Part shown: positions 1-10,720 of the stretch, piece by piece
Layout: each line of letters starts with the position of its first letter
Numbering within the stretch: the first letter of the stretch is position 1
NCBI RefSeq assembly: GCF_017348835.2
Contig: NZ_CP071375.1
Source: Escherichia coli
GTDB taxonomy: Bacteria; Pseudomonadota; Gammaproteobacteria; Enterobacterales; Enterobacteriaceae
Strand: one strand, 5' to 3'
Length of the DNA: 64,000 nt
Position numbers and translations under genes: made by a program
Notes under the pieces: model-generated
What the model was told of the DNA's origin: nothing
Databases searched by the model: none
The model's input: only the letters and a program-made list of their open reading frames with translations

Positions 1-432
1 AGATGCCAGATAATCCACCAGTTGCTGCACGCTTTGCGGGTCGTGGCTGTTTAGCTCGAAAATCGGCTCTTCGAAGCCCGTCTCAAGCAATAACTTTCGC
101 GTTGCGGCGACGTCAGCATCTGGCATGTCCGTTTTACTGATGACGGCGATTTGCCGTTTGCTGACGCCAATATCCAGCAACCCGGCAGGCAACCGACTTT
201 CCGGGTCATTCGCGCCGTGGACATAGATCAGCATGTCCACATCCTGTAGCGTGGTAATTAAGGCGTGATACCAGCGGGGATGGCTAAAATATTCACCCGG
301 CGTATCAATATCGCCCTTATCATTAAATTCCACGGCCTGTGTTTTTCTGGCGAGGGTATAATTCCCCTGCAACGCATTAAATAACGTTGTTTTTCCTGCC
401 CCGACGGTACCCACAAACGCAATTCGTTTCAT
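1..432 (-). CDS. eutP: EutP ethanolamine-utilisation P-loop protein, N-terminal about 144 codons (3' end lies left of the window)
   Basis: Reverse-strand ATG at 430-432. Translation MKRIAFVGTVGAGKTTLFNALQG... has a Walker A motif and the frame stays open to position 1. It lies directly downstream of eutS as in the eut operon. Confidence 0.8.
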   Translation of the reverse strand, partial: MKRIAFVGTVGAGKTTLFNALQGNYTLARKTQAVEFNDKGDIDTPGEYFSHPRWYHALITTLQDVDMLIYVHGANDPESRLPAGLLDIGVSKRQIAVISKTDMPDADVAATRKLLLETGFEEPIFELNSHDPQSVQQLVDYLAS

Positions 433-444
433 GAATGCCTCGTA

Positions 445-780
445 TTAACTTTTGGTCATTTCACAAAGCGTATAATTTAATAAGCGACCTAAACCGCTGA
501 CGGTTTGTGATAACGCTTCTTCTACTGCGCCCACCGAGCCATAAATCACCAATGCACCACTGAAGCGGTCGAGAAAACCGATATGCACATCAGCGGCTTT
601 CAATGCTAAATCACCGGCGATCATCGCCGTTTCGCCAGGAGTTAGCGTCATAATGCCAATTGCGCCCGCATCCGGAACGCCGATTTTCTTCGCCAGTTCC
701 TCGCCGGGATGCGCGATGAGATGCGCCAGCGTGACCTGTTTGCCGGGCACAAATTCCTGAATGATGCGTTCTTTATCCAT
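445..780 (-). CDS. eutS: EutS bacterial microcompartment shell protein (111 aa from the internal Met of the 135-aa track ORF)
   Basis: The track ORF 445..852 contains [28 protein letters not shown]..., which I recognise as EutS. The start is placed at Met25 to give the known 111-aa length. Confidence 0.85.
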
Positions 781-1028
781 GAGTCGCCGCCTGTGAAAAA
801 CTTTCGTGTATCGTGACAATTTTTCGTCAGAGTAAATAACAAAATTCGGCAAGCGCGTTTAAAAGGTGAGGTAGATCACTAAGAATGGAGAGATATTCGC
901 TGTGGTGCATAAACTTTCATATACAACGCATGAATATAAATAAAATAATATCGAGATATTATATAGACTGCTTTTTTTATTATTCGCAAACTCAGTAATA
1001 AGCTTTACTAATATATTGCAGCCAAACC

Positions 1029-1054
1029 GCTTACCCTGAATATTCAGGGTAAGC
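1029..1054 (-). terminator. Perfect 26-bp palindrome immediately downstream of the maeB stop; probable maeB terminator hairpin
   Basis: GCTTACCCTGAAT/ATTCAGGGTAAGC is read directly, 19 nt after the maeB stop codon. The downstream T-run is weak. Confidence 0.5.
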
Positions 1055-1072
1055 GTGAGAGTTAAAAAAGAA

Positions 1073-3352
1073 TTACAGCGGTTGGGTTTGCGCTTCAACC
1101 ACGGCCAGCGCCACCATGTTGACGATACGACGCACCGATGCGATCGGCGTTAACACATGAACCGGTTTCGCCACGCCCATCAGCACCGGACCGACAGTCA
1201 CACCTTCCGAGCTGGAAACGCGCAGTAAGTTGTAACTAATGCGGGCAGCTTCCATGTTCGGCATCACCAGAATATTGGCAGAACCTTTCAAAGGGCTGTC
1301 CGGCATACGGTCGTTGCGAATCGCTTCCACCAGCGCTGCATCGCCGTGCATTTCACCATCAATCATCAGTTCTGGTGCACGTTCCCTGACCAGTTCCAGC
1401 GCCTGACGCATTTTGCTCGACGACGGGCAGTCAGAAGAACCAAAGTTGGAGTGCGACAACAAAGCAACGCGCGGCTCAATACCAAAACGACGGACAGTTT
1501 CTGCCGCCATCAAGGTGATCTCCGCCAGCTCTTCTGCGTCTGGTTCGTCATTGACGTAGGTATCGGCAATAAAGGTGTTACCACTCGGCAGCAGCAGCGC
1601 GTTCATTGCACCTGCGGTGTGAACGCCATCGTGATAACCAAAGACATTTTTCACCACGCTAAAATGTTCATGATAATCACCCACCGTACCGCAAATCATT
1701 GCATCGGCTTCGCCACGCTGAACCATGATCGCGCCGATCACTGTCGGGTTACTGATCAGCGCCCGCTGCGCCTGTTCCTGAGTGACGCCGCGACGCTTCA
1801 TGATCTGGAAGTATTCGGTCCAGTACTCTTTAAAGCGCGGATCGGATTCGTTATTGACGATCTCAAAATCAACGCCCGCTTTGATCTGCAAGCCCAGTTT
1901 CTGAATGCGCATTTCGATCACGTTCGGACGACCGATAAGGATCGGTTTCGCCAGTCCCAGCGTTACCAGTTCCTGAGTGGCATGCAGAACGCGCGCCTCT
2001 TCCCCTTCCGGCAGAACTACGCGCTTCGGCGCTTTGCGAGCCTGGGAGAAAATCGGCTTCATAAACAGGTTGGTTTTGTAAACGAACTCAGTCAGCTTGT
2101 CGATGTAGACGTCGAAATCAGCAATCGGACGCGTCGCCACGCCCGACTCCATCGCCGCTTTCGCGACCGCAGGAGCGATCTTAACGATCAAGCGCGGATC
2201 AAACGGTTTTGGAATGATGTATTCCGGACCAAAGCTCAGATCCTGATCGCCATACGCTGAAGCCACCACTTCGCTCTGTTCCGCATGGGCCAGTTCTGCA
2301 ATCGCGCGTACCGCCGCCAGTTTCATCTCTTCGTTGATGGCGGTTGCGCCAACGTCCAGCGCGCCACGGAAGATAAACGGGAAGCACAGGACGTTGTTCA
2401 CCTGGTTCGGGTAGTCGGAACGGCCGGTACAGATGATGGCATCCGGACGCACTTCTTTCGCCAGCGGCGGCAGAATTTCCGGTTCCGGGTTCGCCAGCGC
2501 CAGGATCATTGGTGCCCGAGCCATTTTCTTCACCATTTCCTGGGTCAGCACTTTCGGGCCGGAACAGCCGAGGAAAATATCCGCACCTTCAATCACATCA
2601 TCGAGGGTACGTTTGCCGTCATCCACCACCGCATATGCGGCTTTGGTTTCCGCCATGTTTGGCTCACGGCCCTGATAGATAACGCCTTTTGAATCGCAAA
2701 CCACGATGTTATGTTTTTGCAGACCCAACGCTACCAGCAGGTTCATACAGGCGATTGCTGCAGCACCCGCGCCGGAAACCACCATACGCACGTCAGAGAT
2801 GTTTTTCTCCACCACGCGCAAGCCGTTGAGGATGGCGGCAGTGCTGATGATTGCCGTGCCGTGCTGATCGTCGTGGAATACCGGAATATTCATCCGCTCG
2901 CGCAGTTTCTGTTCAATATAGAAACATTCTGGCGCTTTAATGTCTTCGAGGTTGATTCCGCCGAAGGTCGGTTCGAGCGCAGCGACGACTTCAATAAATT
3001 TGTCCGGGTCGAGTTCATCAACTTCAATGTCAAATACATCAATTCCGGCGAATTTCTTAAACAGAACGCCCTTGCCTTCCATCACCGGTTTGCCCGCCAG
3101 CGCGCCAATGTTGCCTAACCCCAGCACCGCCGTACCGTTAGAGATCACCGCCACCAGGTTACCGCGCGCGGTATATTTGTAGGCTTTTAACGGGTCTTTT
3201 TCGATTTCAAGACAAGGTGCGGCAACGCCTGGTGAGTAGGCCAGCGCCAGATCGCGCTGCGTTGCCAGAGGCTTGGTTGGAGAAACCTGGATTTTCCCTG
3301 GAACTGGAAATTCATGGAAATCAAGTGCACTTTGTTTTAACTGGTCATCCAT
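1073..3352 (-). CDS. maeB: NADP-dependent malic enzyme (malic-enzyme domain plus PTA-like C-terminal domain)
   Basis: 759-aa track ORF recognisable as MaeB, with K-12 length and synteny with talA-tktB. Confidence 0.96.
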   Translation of the reverse strand: MDDQLKQSALDFHEFPVPGKIQVSPTKPLATQRDLALAYSPGVAAPCLEIEKDPLKAYKYTARGNLVAVISNGTAVLGLGNIGALAGKPVMEGKGVLFKKFAGIDVFDIEVDELDPDKFIEVVAALEPTFGGINLEDIKAPECFYIEQKLRERMNIPVFHDDQHGTAIISTAAILNGLRVVEKNISDVRMVVSGAGAAAIACMNLLVALGLQKHNIVVCDSKGVIYQGREPNMAETKAAYAVVDDGKRTLDDVIEGADIFLGCSGPKVLTQEMVKKMARAPMILALANPEPEILPPLAKEVRPDAIICTGRSDYPNQVNNVLCFPFIFRGALDVGATAINEEMKLAAVRAIAELAHAEQSEVVASAYGDQDLSFGPEYIIPKPFDPRLIVKIAPAVAKAAMESGVATRPIADFDVYIDKLTEFVYKTNLFMKPIFSQARKAPKRVVLPEGEEARVLHATQELVTLGLAKPILIGRPNVIEMRIQKLGLQIKAGVDFEIVNNESDPRFKEYWTEYFQIMKRRGVTQEQAQRALISNPTVIGAIMVQRGEADAMICGTVGDYHEHFSVVKNVFGYHDGVHTAGAMNALLLPSGNTFIADTYVNDEPDAEELAEITLMAAETVRRFGIEPRVALLSHSNFGSSDCPSSSKMRQALELVRERAPELMIDGEMHGDAALVEAIRNDRMPDSPLKGSANILVMPNMEAARISYNLLRVSSSEGVTVGPVLMGVAKPVHVLTPIASVRRIVNMVALAVVEAQTQPL

Positions 3353-3640
3353 TTGGTTGTTCCTTTCACGTAACGTTCACAAATAAAGTGTGTGGGCAAC
3401 AGCCCCTGCCCACAACGTGGCGCACATTATTACCCTGCCGGAGTCTACAGACTTTGAGCAAGTCCAAACTCTCACCATTAATATAATGTTTTGGTAATAA
3501 TCCTATAACACTGATGTTACCTGCTTAATCCAGCAATACCATGCCTGTCTGCTATGCTTTTTTGATGCGTTTAGCGAAATTTCTCAGAAGTGTGAATTAA
3601 CGCACTCATCTAACACTTTACTTTTCAAGGAGTATTTCCT

Positions 3641-4591
3641 ATGAACGAGTTAGACGGCATCAAACAGTTCACCACTGTCGTGGCAGACAGCGGCGATATT
3701 GAGTCCATTCGCCATTATCATCCCCAGGATGCCACCACCAATCCTTCGCTGTTGCTCAAGGCTGCCGGATTATCACAATATGAGCATTTAATAGACGATG
3801 CTATCGCCTGGGGTAAAAAAAATGGCAAGACCCAGGAACAACAGGTGGTCGCAGCGTGTGACAAACTGGCGGTCAATTTCGGTGCTGAAATCCTCAAAAT
3901 CGTACCCGGTCGCGTGTCAACAGAAGTTGATGCACGCCTCTCTTTTGATAAAGAAAAGAGTATTGAGAAGGCGCGCCATCTGGTGGACTTGTATCAGCAA
4001 CAAGGCGTTGAGAAATCACGCATTCTGATCAAACTGGCTTCGACCTGGGAAGGAATTCGCGCGGCAGAAGAGCTGGAAAAAGAAGGTATTAACTGCAACC
4101 TGACGCTGCTGTTTTCTTTTGCACAGGCGCGGGCCTGTGCAGAAGCGGGCGTTTTTCTGATTTCGCCGTTTGTCGGGCGTATTTATGACTGGTATCAGGC
4201 ACGCAAGCCGATGGACCCGTATGTGGTGGAAGAAGATCCAGGCGTTAAATCAGTACGCAATATCTACGACTACTATAAGCAACACCACTATGAAACCATT
4301 GTGATGGGCGCGAGCTTCCGTCGCACCGAACAAATCCTCGCCTTAACCGGCTGCGATCGACTGACTATCGCACCGAATTTGCTGAAGGAGCTGCAGGAAA
4401 AAGTTTCGCCAGTGGTACGTAAATTAATCCCACCTTCTCAGACGTTCCCACGCCCAGCTCCCATGAGCGAAGCGGAGTTCCGTTGGGAGCACAATCAGGA
4501 TGCGATGGCGGTAGAAAAACTGTCTGAAGGCATTCGTCTATTCGCCGTTGATCAACGCAAACTGGAAGATCTTCTTGCCGCCAAACTATAA
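3641..4591 (+). CDS. talA: Transaldolase A
   Basis: 316-aa ORF of the transaldolase family ([23 protein letters not shown]...), followed by tktB as in K-12. Confidence 0.96.
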   Translation: MNELDGIKQFTTVVADSGDIESIRHYHPQDATTNPSLLLKAAGLSQYEHLIDDAIAWGKKNGKTQEQQVVAACDKLAVNFGAEILKIVPGRVSTEVDARLSFDKEKSIEKARHLVDLYQQQGVEKSRILIKLASTWEGIRAAEELEKEGINCNLTLLFSFAQARACAEAGVFLISPFVGRIYDWYQARKPMDPYVVEEDPGVKSVRNIYDYYKQHHYETIVMGASFRRTEQILALTGCDRLTIAPNLLKELQEKVSPVVRKLIPPSQTFPRPAPMSEAEFRWEHNQDAMAVEKLSEGIRLFAVDQRKLEDLLAAKL

Positions 4592-4610
4592 ACCAGCCAC
4601 GGAGTGTTAT

Positions 4611-6614
4611 ATGTCCCGAAAAGACCTTGCCAATGCGATTCGCGCACTCAGTATGGATGCGGTACAAAAAGCCAATTCTGGTCATCCCGGCGCGCCGATG
4701 GGCATGGCTGATATTGCCGAAGTGCTGTGGAACGATTTTCTTAAACATAACCCTACCGACCCAACCTGGTATGATCGCGACCGCTTTATTCTTTCCAACG
4801 GTCACGCGTCGATGCTGCTCTACAGTTTGCTGCATCTGACCGGTTACGACCTGCCGCTGGAAGAGCTGAAGAACTTTCGTCAACTGCATTCGAAAACCCC
4901 TGGCCACCCGGAAATCGGCTATACGCCCGGAGTTGAAACCACCACCGGTCCTCTTGGACAAGGTTTGGCGAACGCCGTCGGGCTGGCGATAGCGGAACGT
5001 ACGCTGGCTGCACAGTTTAACCAGCCAGACCATGAGATCGTCGATCACTTCACCTATGTGTTTATGGGCGACGGCTGCCTGATGGAAGGTATTTCCCACG
5101 AAGTCTGTTCGCTGGCGGGCACGCTGGGACTGGGCAAGCTGATTGGTTTTTACGATCACAACGGTATTTCGATTGATGGAGAAACCGAAGGCTGGTTTAC
5201 CGACGATACGGCAAAACGTTTTGAAGCCTATCACTGGCATGTGATCCATGAAATCGACGGTCACGATCCGCAGGCGGTGAAGGAAGCGATCCTTGAAGCG
5301 CAAAGCGTGAAAGATAAGCCGTCGCTGATTATCTGTCGTACGGTGATTGGCTTTGGATCGCCGAATAAAGCAGGTAAGGAAGAGGCGCACGGCGCACCGC
5401 TGGGGGAAGAAGAAGTGGCGCTGGCACGGCAAAAACTGGGCTGGCACCATCCGCCATTTGAGATCCCTAAAGATATTTATCACGCCTGGGATGCCCGCGA
5501 AAAAGGCGAAAAAGCGCAGCAGAGCTGGAATGAGAAGTTTGCCGCCTATAAAAAGGCTCATCCGCAACTGGCAGAAGAGTTTACCCGTCGGATGAGCGGT
5601 GGTTTACCGAAGGACTGGGAGAAAACGACTCAGAAATATATCAATGAGTTACAGGCAAATCCGGCGAAAATCGCTACCCGTAAGGCTTCGCAAAATACGC
5701 TTAACGCTTACGGGCCGATGCTACCGGAGCTGCTCGGCGGTTCGGCGGATCTGGCTCCCAGCAACCTGACCATCTGGAAAGGTTCTGTTTCGCTGAAGGA
5801 AGATCCGGCGGGCAACTACATTCACTACGGGGTGCGTGAATTTGGCATGACCGCTATCGCCAACGGCATTGCGCACCACGGCGGCTTTGTGCCGTATACC
5901 GCAACGTTCCTGATGTTTGTTGAATACGCCCGTAACGCCGCGCGGATGGCGGCACTGATGAAAGCGCGGCAGATTATGGTTTATACCCACGACTCAATTG
6001 GTCTGGGCGAAGATGGTCCGACGCACCAGGCTGTTGAGCAACTGGCCAGTCTGCGCTTAACGCCAAATTTCAGCACCTGGCGACCGTGCGATCAGGTGGA
6101 AGCAGCGGTGGGCTGGAAGCTGGCGGTTGAGCGCCACAACGGACCGACGGCACTGATCCTCTCCAGGCAGAATCTGGCCCAGGTGGAACGTACGCCGGAT
6201 CAGGTTAAAGAGATTGCTCGTGGCGGTTATGTGCTGAAAGACAGCGGCGGTAAGCCAGATATTATTTTGATTGCTACCGGTTCAGAGATGGAAATCACCC
6301 TGCAAGCTGCGGAGAAATTAGCAGGAGAAGGTCGCAATGTTCGCGTGGTTTCCCTGCCCTCGACCGATATTTTCGACGCCCAGGATGAGGAATATCGGGA
6401 GTCGGTGTTGCCTTCTAACGTTGCGGCTCGCGTGGCGGTGGAAGCAGGTATTGCCGATTACTGGTACAAGTATGTTGGTCTGAAAGGGGCAATTGTCGGG
6501 ATGACGGGTTATGGGGAATCTGCTCCGGCGGATAAGCTGTTCCCGTTCTTTGGCTTTACCGCCGAGAATATTGTGGCAAAAGCGCATAAGGTGCTGGGAG
6601 TGAAAGGTGCCTGA
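4611..6614 (+). CDS. tktB: Transketolase 2
   Basis: The track ORF 4548..6614 is trimmed to the ATG at 4611 ([27 protein letters not shown]...). GGAG lies 7-10 nt upstream and the trimmed ORF is 667 aa as in K-12. Confidence 0.95.
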   Translation: MSRKDLANAIRALSMDAVQKANSGHPGAPMGMADIAEVLWNDFLKHNPTDPTWYDRDRFILSNGHASMLLYSLLHLTGYDLPLEELKNFRQLHSKTPGHPEIGYTPGVETTTGPLGQGLANAVGLAIAERTLAAQFNQPDHEIVDHFTYVFMGDGCLMEGISHEVCSLAGTLGLGKLIGFYDHNGISIDGETEGWFTDDTAKRFEAYHWHVIHEIDGHDPQAVKEAILEAQSVKDKPSLIICRTVIGFGSPNKAGKEEAHGAPLGEEEVALARQKLGWHHPPFEIPKDIYHAWDAREKGEKAQQSWNEKFAAYKKAHPQLAEEFTRRMSGGLPKDWEKTTQKYINELQANPAKIATRKASQNTLNAYGPMLPELLGGSADLAPSNLTIWKGSVSLKEDPAGNYIHYGVREFGMTAIANGIAHHGGFVPYTATFLMFVEYARNAARMAALMKARQIMVYTHDSIGLGEDGPTHQAVEQLASLRLTPNFSTWRPCDQVEAAVGWKLAVERHNGPTALILSRQNLAQVERTPDQVKEIARGGYVLKDSGGKPDIILIATGSEMEITLQAAEKLAGEGRNVRVVSLPSTDIFDAQDEEYRESVLPSNVAARVAVEAGIADYWYKYVGLKGAIVGMTGYGESAPADKLFPFFGFTAENIVAKAHKVLGVKGA

Positions 6615-6618
6615 TGGT

Positions 6619-6705
6619 GATCGCCGGACGCTGATCGCCGGATGCTGATTGCCGGATGCGACGCTGACGCGTCTTATCCGGCCTACAGCGTCTTATCCGG
6701 TCTAC
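6619..6705. repeat. REP/BIME-type extragenic palindromes, preceded by three tandem 14-bp units GATYGCCGGAYGCK
   Basis: Read directly: GATCGCCGGACGCT GATCGCCGGATGCT GATTGCCGGATGCG, then GCCGGATGCGACGCTGACGCGTCTTATCCGGCCTAC and a second CGTCTTATCCGGTCTAC. Confidence 0.8.
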
Positions 6706-6723
6706 ATGTCCCCGCTATTTTGT

Positions 6724-7767
6724 TTAACGGGTGATCCACAACGTGGGCCAGGCGTCTGGCCCATGCCAGTTATCGCAGGTGGGTTCTGCGGCGTAACGCA
6801 CCAGGCGAAAACGCTGACCGTCAAAGCGCCAGCGCGCCTGAATGCCACAATCGCTTAATCCGCGCCCTTTCGCTAAGGTCACCAGCTCACGCGATTTCTC
6901 ATCAAATGTTGCGTTCATCAGTTCCAGTTCATTTGTCTCCTGCCCGTTGTTGAACGGCAAACGCAACCGAACCGGACGCGAGGCTAGTGGCTTTTTACGC
7001 GACACAATCCATGCCAAATCAATGGTGTTATAGGCCCCTGCCTCACAGCTAATCATCATCAGCGCTTTATCATCAGTCAGCGCAGTGACATTCACCTCAC
7101 GACGCAATGGATCAAGCGAGCAGCGCAGACCATTCATCCGCCAGTTTCCATAATCCAGCAAATCGTTGCGTTCTTCGAGTGAGAGTGGCGTCGGCGTTGG
7201 GTTAACCACCACGACCTCTTTCAGCGCAGGCGCGGGCGGTACGCTGAGCGGCGGTTCGTCCCCTTTCTTGATCCACGCGTTTTCACTGCCAACGCGCTTT
7301 TGCTGAGCATCAATAAACAACAACGCCGCTTTTAAGCCACTCAGAGAAATGGTCTGATTGCCGTCGCGTAAGGTGATCGCCTTCCCTTCCTGAATCATCT
7401 GCAAAAACGCGGTGATGGTTGCCGTATCATCGGTTACTAATAACCATGGTGAAATCCGCCACTTGTCACCACTTAACGCCAACGGCTCGCCATCTAACAG
7501 CAGCCGTGGCGCAATTTCCCCTTCAGACGCATCCGGCGACTTCAACCCGCCGCGCTCAATACGTAAAACGGCATCGGTATGCGCCCCGGCGCTGCGGCTC
7601 AGGGTCATCACCAGTCCATTATGATCGCCCGTATTACGCGCCACGCAGAAGTTTTGGTTATTACAGGTGACCTGCCAGTCGGAAAACGCCCGTTGCGCTG
7701 GTGCCGCCCACACCAAAGACGTCGGCAACAAAGCGAAAAAAAAGAGAAGGAAAATGCGATAGCGCAT
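6724..7767 (-). CDS. ypfG: DUF1176-family secreted protein YpfG
   Basis: 347-aa ORF with an N-terminal signal peptide (MRYRIFLLFFFALLPTSLVWA), at the K-12 length and position. Confidence 0.9.
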   Translation of the reverse strand: MRYRIFLLFFFALLPTSLVWAAPAQRAFSDWQVTCNNQNFCVARNTGDHNGLVMTLSRSAGAHTDAVLRIERGGLKSPDASEGEIAPRLLLDGEPLALSGDKWRISPWLLVTDDTATITAFLQMIQEGKAITLRDGNQTISLSGLKAALLFIDAQQKRVGSENAWIKKGDEPPLSVPPAPALKEVVVVNPTPTPLSLEERNDLLDYGNWRMNGLRCSLDPLRREVNVTALTDDKALMMISCEAGAYNTIDLAWIVSRKKPLASRPVRLRLPFNNGQETNELELMNATFDEKSRELVTLAKGRGLSDCGIQARWRFDGQRFRLVRYAAEPTCDNWHGPDAWPTLWITR

Positions 7768-7892
7768 GGACGGTACGACCCCAGAAGTTCAAACAAACAG
7801 CACAAGTCGTATCTTCGTTGCGCAGGTAGCGCGGCTCAATCGGATTTGTCGGATTGAGCCAACAATAAACAACGAAATATTATTGTTATTTT

Positions 7893-8468
7893 TCAGTCCA
7901 TTAAATGTGACGTTTGCAAATAGTTAAGCAATAACACCGTCTTACCGTCACGTATCTCGCCGGTTTTGATCATCTCCAGCGCCTGGCTGAACGGCAGCTC
8001 GAGCACTTCAATATCTTCATCTTCGACACCGCCACCGGCGTTAGCGCGCTGATTGTCACTGTATTCGGCGATAAAAAAGTGGATTAGCTCAGTCACACCG
8101 CCTGGCGACATATACAGTTCAAATAATTTGCGCACTTCACCCACTTCATAGCCCGTCTCTTCAATCGCTTCTTTGCGAATGCACACTTCCGGTTCGTCGT
8201 TATCCAGCAGCCCGGCGCAGGTTTCAATCAGCTGCCCGCTTTCATTGCCATTAACCCAGGTAGCGACACGGAACTGACGAATCAGAACCACGGTCTTTTT
8301 CTTCGCGTTGTACAGGAGGATCGTCGCACCATTACCGCGATCGTAAACTTCACGTTTATGGCGGATAACTTCGCCATCTTTGCGCGTGAGATCGTAAGTA
8401 ATGTTGTGCAGGGTGAAATAGTTATCGGAGAGAATTTTGTCTTTAATGAGGGTGATTTGTTGCGTCAT
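7893..8468 (-). CDS. nudK: GDP-mannose pyrophosphatase (Nudix hydrolase)
   Basis: The track ORF is trimmed to [18 protein letters not shown]... (191 aa). A Nudix box is present ([22 protein letters not shown]). Confidence 0.93.
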   Translation of the reverse strand: MTQQITLIKDKILSDNYFTLHNITYDLTRKDGEVIRHKREVYDRGNGATILLYNAKKKTVVLIRQFRVATWVNGNESGQLIETCAGLLDNDEPEVCIRKEAIEETGYEVGEVRKLFELYMSPGGVTELIHFFIAEYSDNQRANAGGGVEDEDIEVLELPFSQALEMIKTGEIRDGKTVLLLNYLQTSHLMD

Positions 8469-8535
8469 ACCGACTCCACAGCGCGAAATGAACAATTATC
8501 TTACGCTGTGAAGTCGGGTTTGTCTGCGCAGGCTA

Positions 8536-10515
8536 TCAGTGAGATTTGACTGATTTTACCCCCAGCCAGTCAATAATCCCCTGTGCCGCATGACGTCCTT
8601 CTGCCATTGCGGTAACCACCAGATCCGCACCACGCACGGCGTCACCACCAGCGAAGATTTTCGGATTGGTGGTCTGGTAACGGTACTGGCTTTCCACATC
8701 CGCGATGATGCGGCCCCATTTGTCTACCGTTACACCGTGCGACTCCAGCCACGGCATCCCATGCGGATTGAAGCCAAACGCCATAATCACCGCGTCGGCT
8801 GGCATGACAAATTCACTGCCTTCCACCGGTACTGGACGCCGACGCCCCTGGGCATCCGGCTCGCCAAGACGCGTGCGCAGGAAACGAATCCCGCAGACGT
8901 GACCTTGTTCATTCAGCTCAAGCGCCACCGGCTGGACGTTAAATTCGAAGTTGGCCCCCTCTTCGCGGGCGTTCTTCACCTCTTTCTTCGAGCCTGGCAT
9001 GTTAGCTTCATCACGACGATAAGCGCAGGTGACGTTACTCGCGCCGTGGCGCAGCGCAGTACGCACACAGTCCATCGCGGTGTCGCCGCCGCCCAGTACC
9101 ACGACGTTGAGTCCGGCGGTATTGATAAACGGCTCTTCCGGTAGCTCTTCGAGCCCCATCACCTGTTTAGTGTTGGCGATGAGGAACGGCAGCGCGTCAT
9201 AAACGCCCGGCGCATCTTCATTGGGTAAACCCGCTTTCATGGAACGGTAAGTGCCTACGCCAACGAAGACCGCGTCGTATTGTTCCAAAAGCGAATCCAA
9301 AGAGACATCTTTACCCACTTCACAATTGAGTTCGAAGTGAATCCCCATCGCGCTGAAGATTTCCCGACGACGTGCCAGCAGGGATTTATCCAGTTTGAAA
9401 GAAGGAATGCCGAAAGTGAGCAAGCCACCGATTTCTGGATGGCGATCGTACACCGTCACCGCCACGCCATTGCGGGTCAGAACATCCGCACAGGCCAGCC
9501 CTGCCGGACCTGCACCGATAATCGCCACCCGCTTGTCCACTTTGGTGACATGGCTTAAGTCAGGACGCCAACCTTTCGCCAACGCCTGATCTGAAATGTA
9601 GCGTTCAATGTTGCCGATAGTTACCGCACCGTGCTCATCGCGAATAGTACAGGCACCTTCACACAAACGGTCTTGCGGACAAACGCGTCCGGTAATTTCC
9701 GGCAGGGTGTTGGTCAGGTGAGAAAGCTCGACGGCGGCGTCGATGTTTCCGGCTTTCACCAGTTCAATCCACTGCGGTATATGGTTATGCAGCGGGCAGG
9801 TCCATTCACAAACGCTGTGCTCGCCGCATTTAAGGCAGCGCGAGGCTTCCCGTTGTGCCTGATCGGCACGGAATGGCAGATAAATTTCATCAAAACCGGT
9901 TTTGCGCGCTTCAATCGCCAGTTTATCCGGCTCGCCACGCGCGGGCGTTGCCTGCATTTGCTCGACTTTACTCATTACCGGCATTTCTTGCGCCGCGGTA
10001 CTGGCATGCCACGGTTGATGTTCCTGACGTGCGGTACGCAAGCGACGGGATTTCGCCATGCCTGAGAGTGCGGCGTCAGTGACCAGCTGCAGCGCGTCCG
10101 CCGGGCAATTCTCGACACAGGCAGGACCGTTTTCGCGCCCTGCACAAAGGTCGCATTTATGCGCCGTGGCTTTAACTTTGCCCGCTGCGACGGGTGTCAG
10201 GACGATTTGCATCGTACCAAACGGACAGGCCACCACGCAGGATTTACAGCCAATACACTTTTGCTGATTGACCTGAATGCTGTCATCAACGTGGCTGATT
10301 GCGCCATTAGGGCAGCTACGGGCGCAGGGCGCATCTTCACAATGGTGACAGGTCACTGCACTACGTTGCTGCTGATGTTTGATAACCGTAATTCGGGGAT
10401 GAAAATGATGTTGGCTCAGGACATGTTGCTCATCATTGTGAGCCATGACACAAGCGATTTCACAAGCATGACAACCCAGACATTGCTGACTGTTGGCCAT
10501 AATAAAACGATTCAT
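8536..10515 (-). CDS. aegA: Putative Fe-S / FAD-NAD(P)-binding oxidoreductase AegA (4Fe-4S ferredoxin N-domain plus GltD-like domain)
   Basis: 659-aa ORF with multiple CxxCxxCxxxC clusters and a GAGPAG dinucleotide-binding motif, in K-12 synteny. Confidence 0.93.
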   Translation of the reverse strand: MNRFIMANSQQCLGCHACEIACVMAHNDEQHVLSQHHFHPRITVIKHQQQRSAVTCHHCEDAPCARSCPNGAISHVDDSIQVNQQKCIGCKSCVVACPFGTMQIVLTPVAAGKVKATAHKCDLCAGRENGPACVENCPADALQLVTDAALSGMAKSRRLRTARQEHQPWHASTAAQEMPVMSKVEQMQATPARGEPDKLAIEARKTGFDEIYLPFRADQAQREASRCLKCGEHSVCEWTCPLHNHIPQWIELVKAGNIDAAVELSHLTNTLPEITGRVCPQDRLCEGACTIRDEHGAVTIGNIERYISDQALAKGWRPDLSHVTKVDKRVAIIGAGPAGLACADVLTRNGVAVTVYDRHPEIGGLLTFGIPSFKLDKSLLARRREIFSAMGIHFELNCEVGKDVSLDSLLEQYDAVFVGVGTYRSMKAGLPNEDAPGVYDALPFLIANTKQVMGLEELPEEPFINTAGLNVVVLGGGDTAMDCVRTALRHGASNVTCAYRRDEANMPGSKKEVKNAREEGANFEFNVQPVALELNEQGHVCGIRFLRTRLGEPDAQGRRRPVPVEGSEFVMPADAVIMAFGFNPHGMPWLESHGVTVDKWGRIIADVESQYRYQTTNPKIFAGGDAVRGADLVVTAMAEGRHAAQGIIDWLGVKSVKSH

Positions 10516-10720
10516 AACGACCTTCTTTTTTGGTTGTAAAAACCTTATTCTTTATATGAGTGTTGTTATTACCCGACTTACAGGGGAATCGGCAATGTTC
10601 ATGTGCCCAGAATAAGTAACTATTTCGCTATAAACTGTGGCAGATCAAATAATCCCATCACTGACTAAATTGCGTTTCAGCGAACTGGAACATTAATGAT
10701 TTTTTGTGGAGAAGACGCGT

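Noticed and set aside
1346-2260. 304-aa + strand ORF inside maeB
   Set aside because: It is entirely antisense to a well-supported 759-aa gene. Its Arg/His-rich, low-complexity translation is typical of a shadow ORF in GC-rich coding DNA.
4365-5567. 400-aa - strand ORF spanning the talA end and the tktB start
   Set aside because: It is antisense to two recognisable genes, has no RBS or homology signal, and its composition is typical of a shadow frame.
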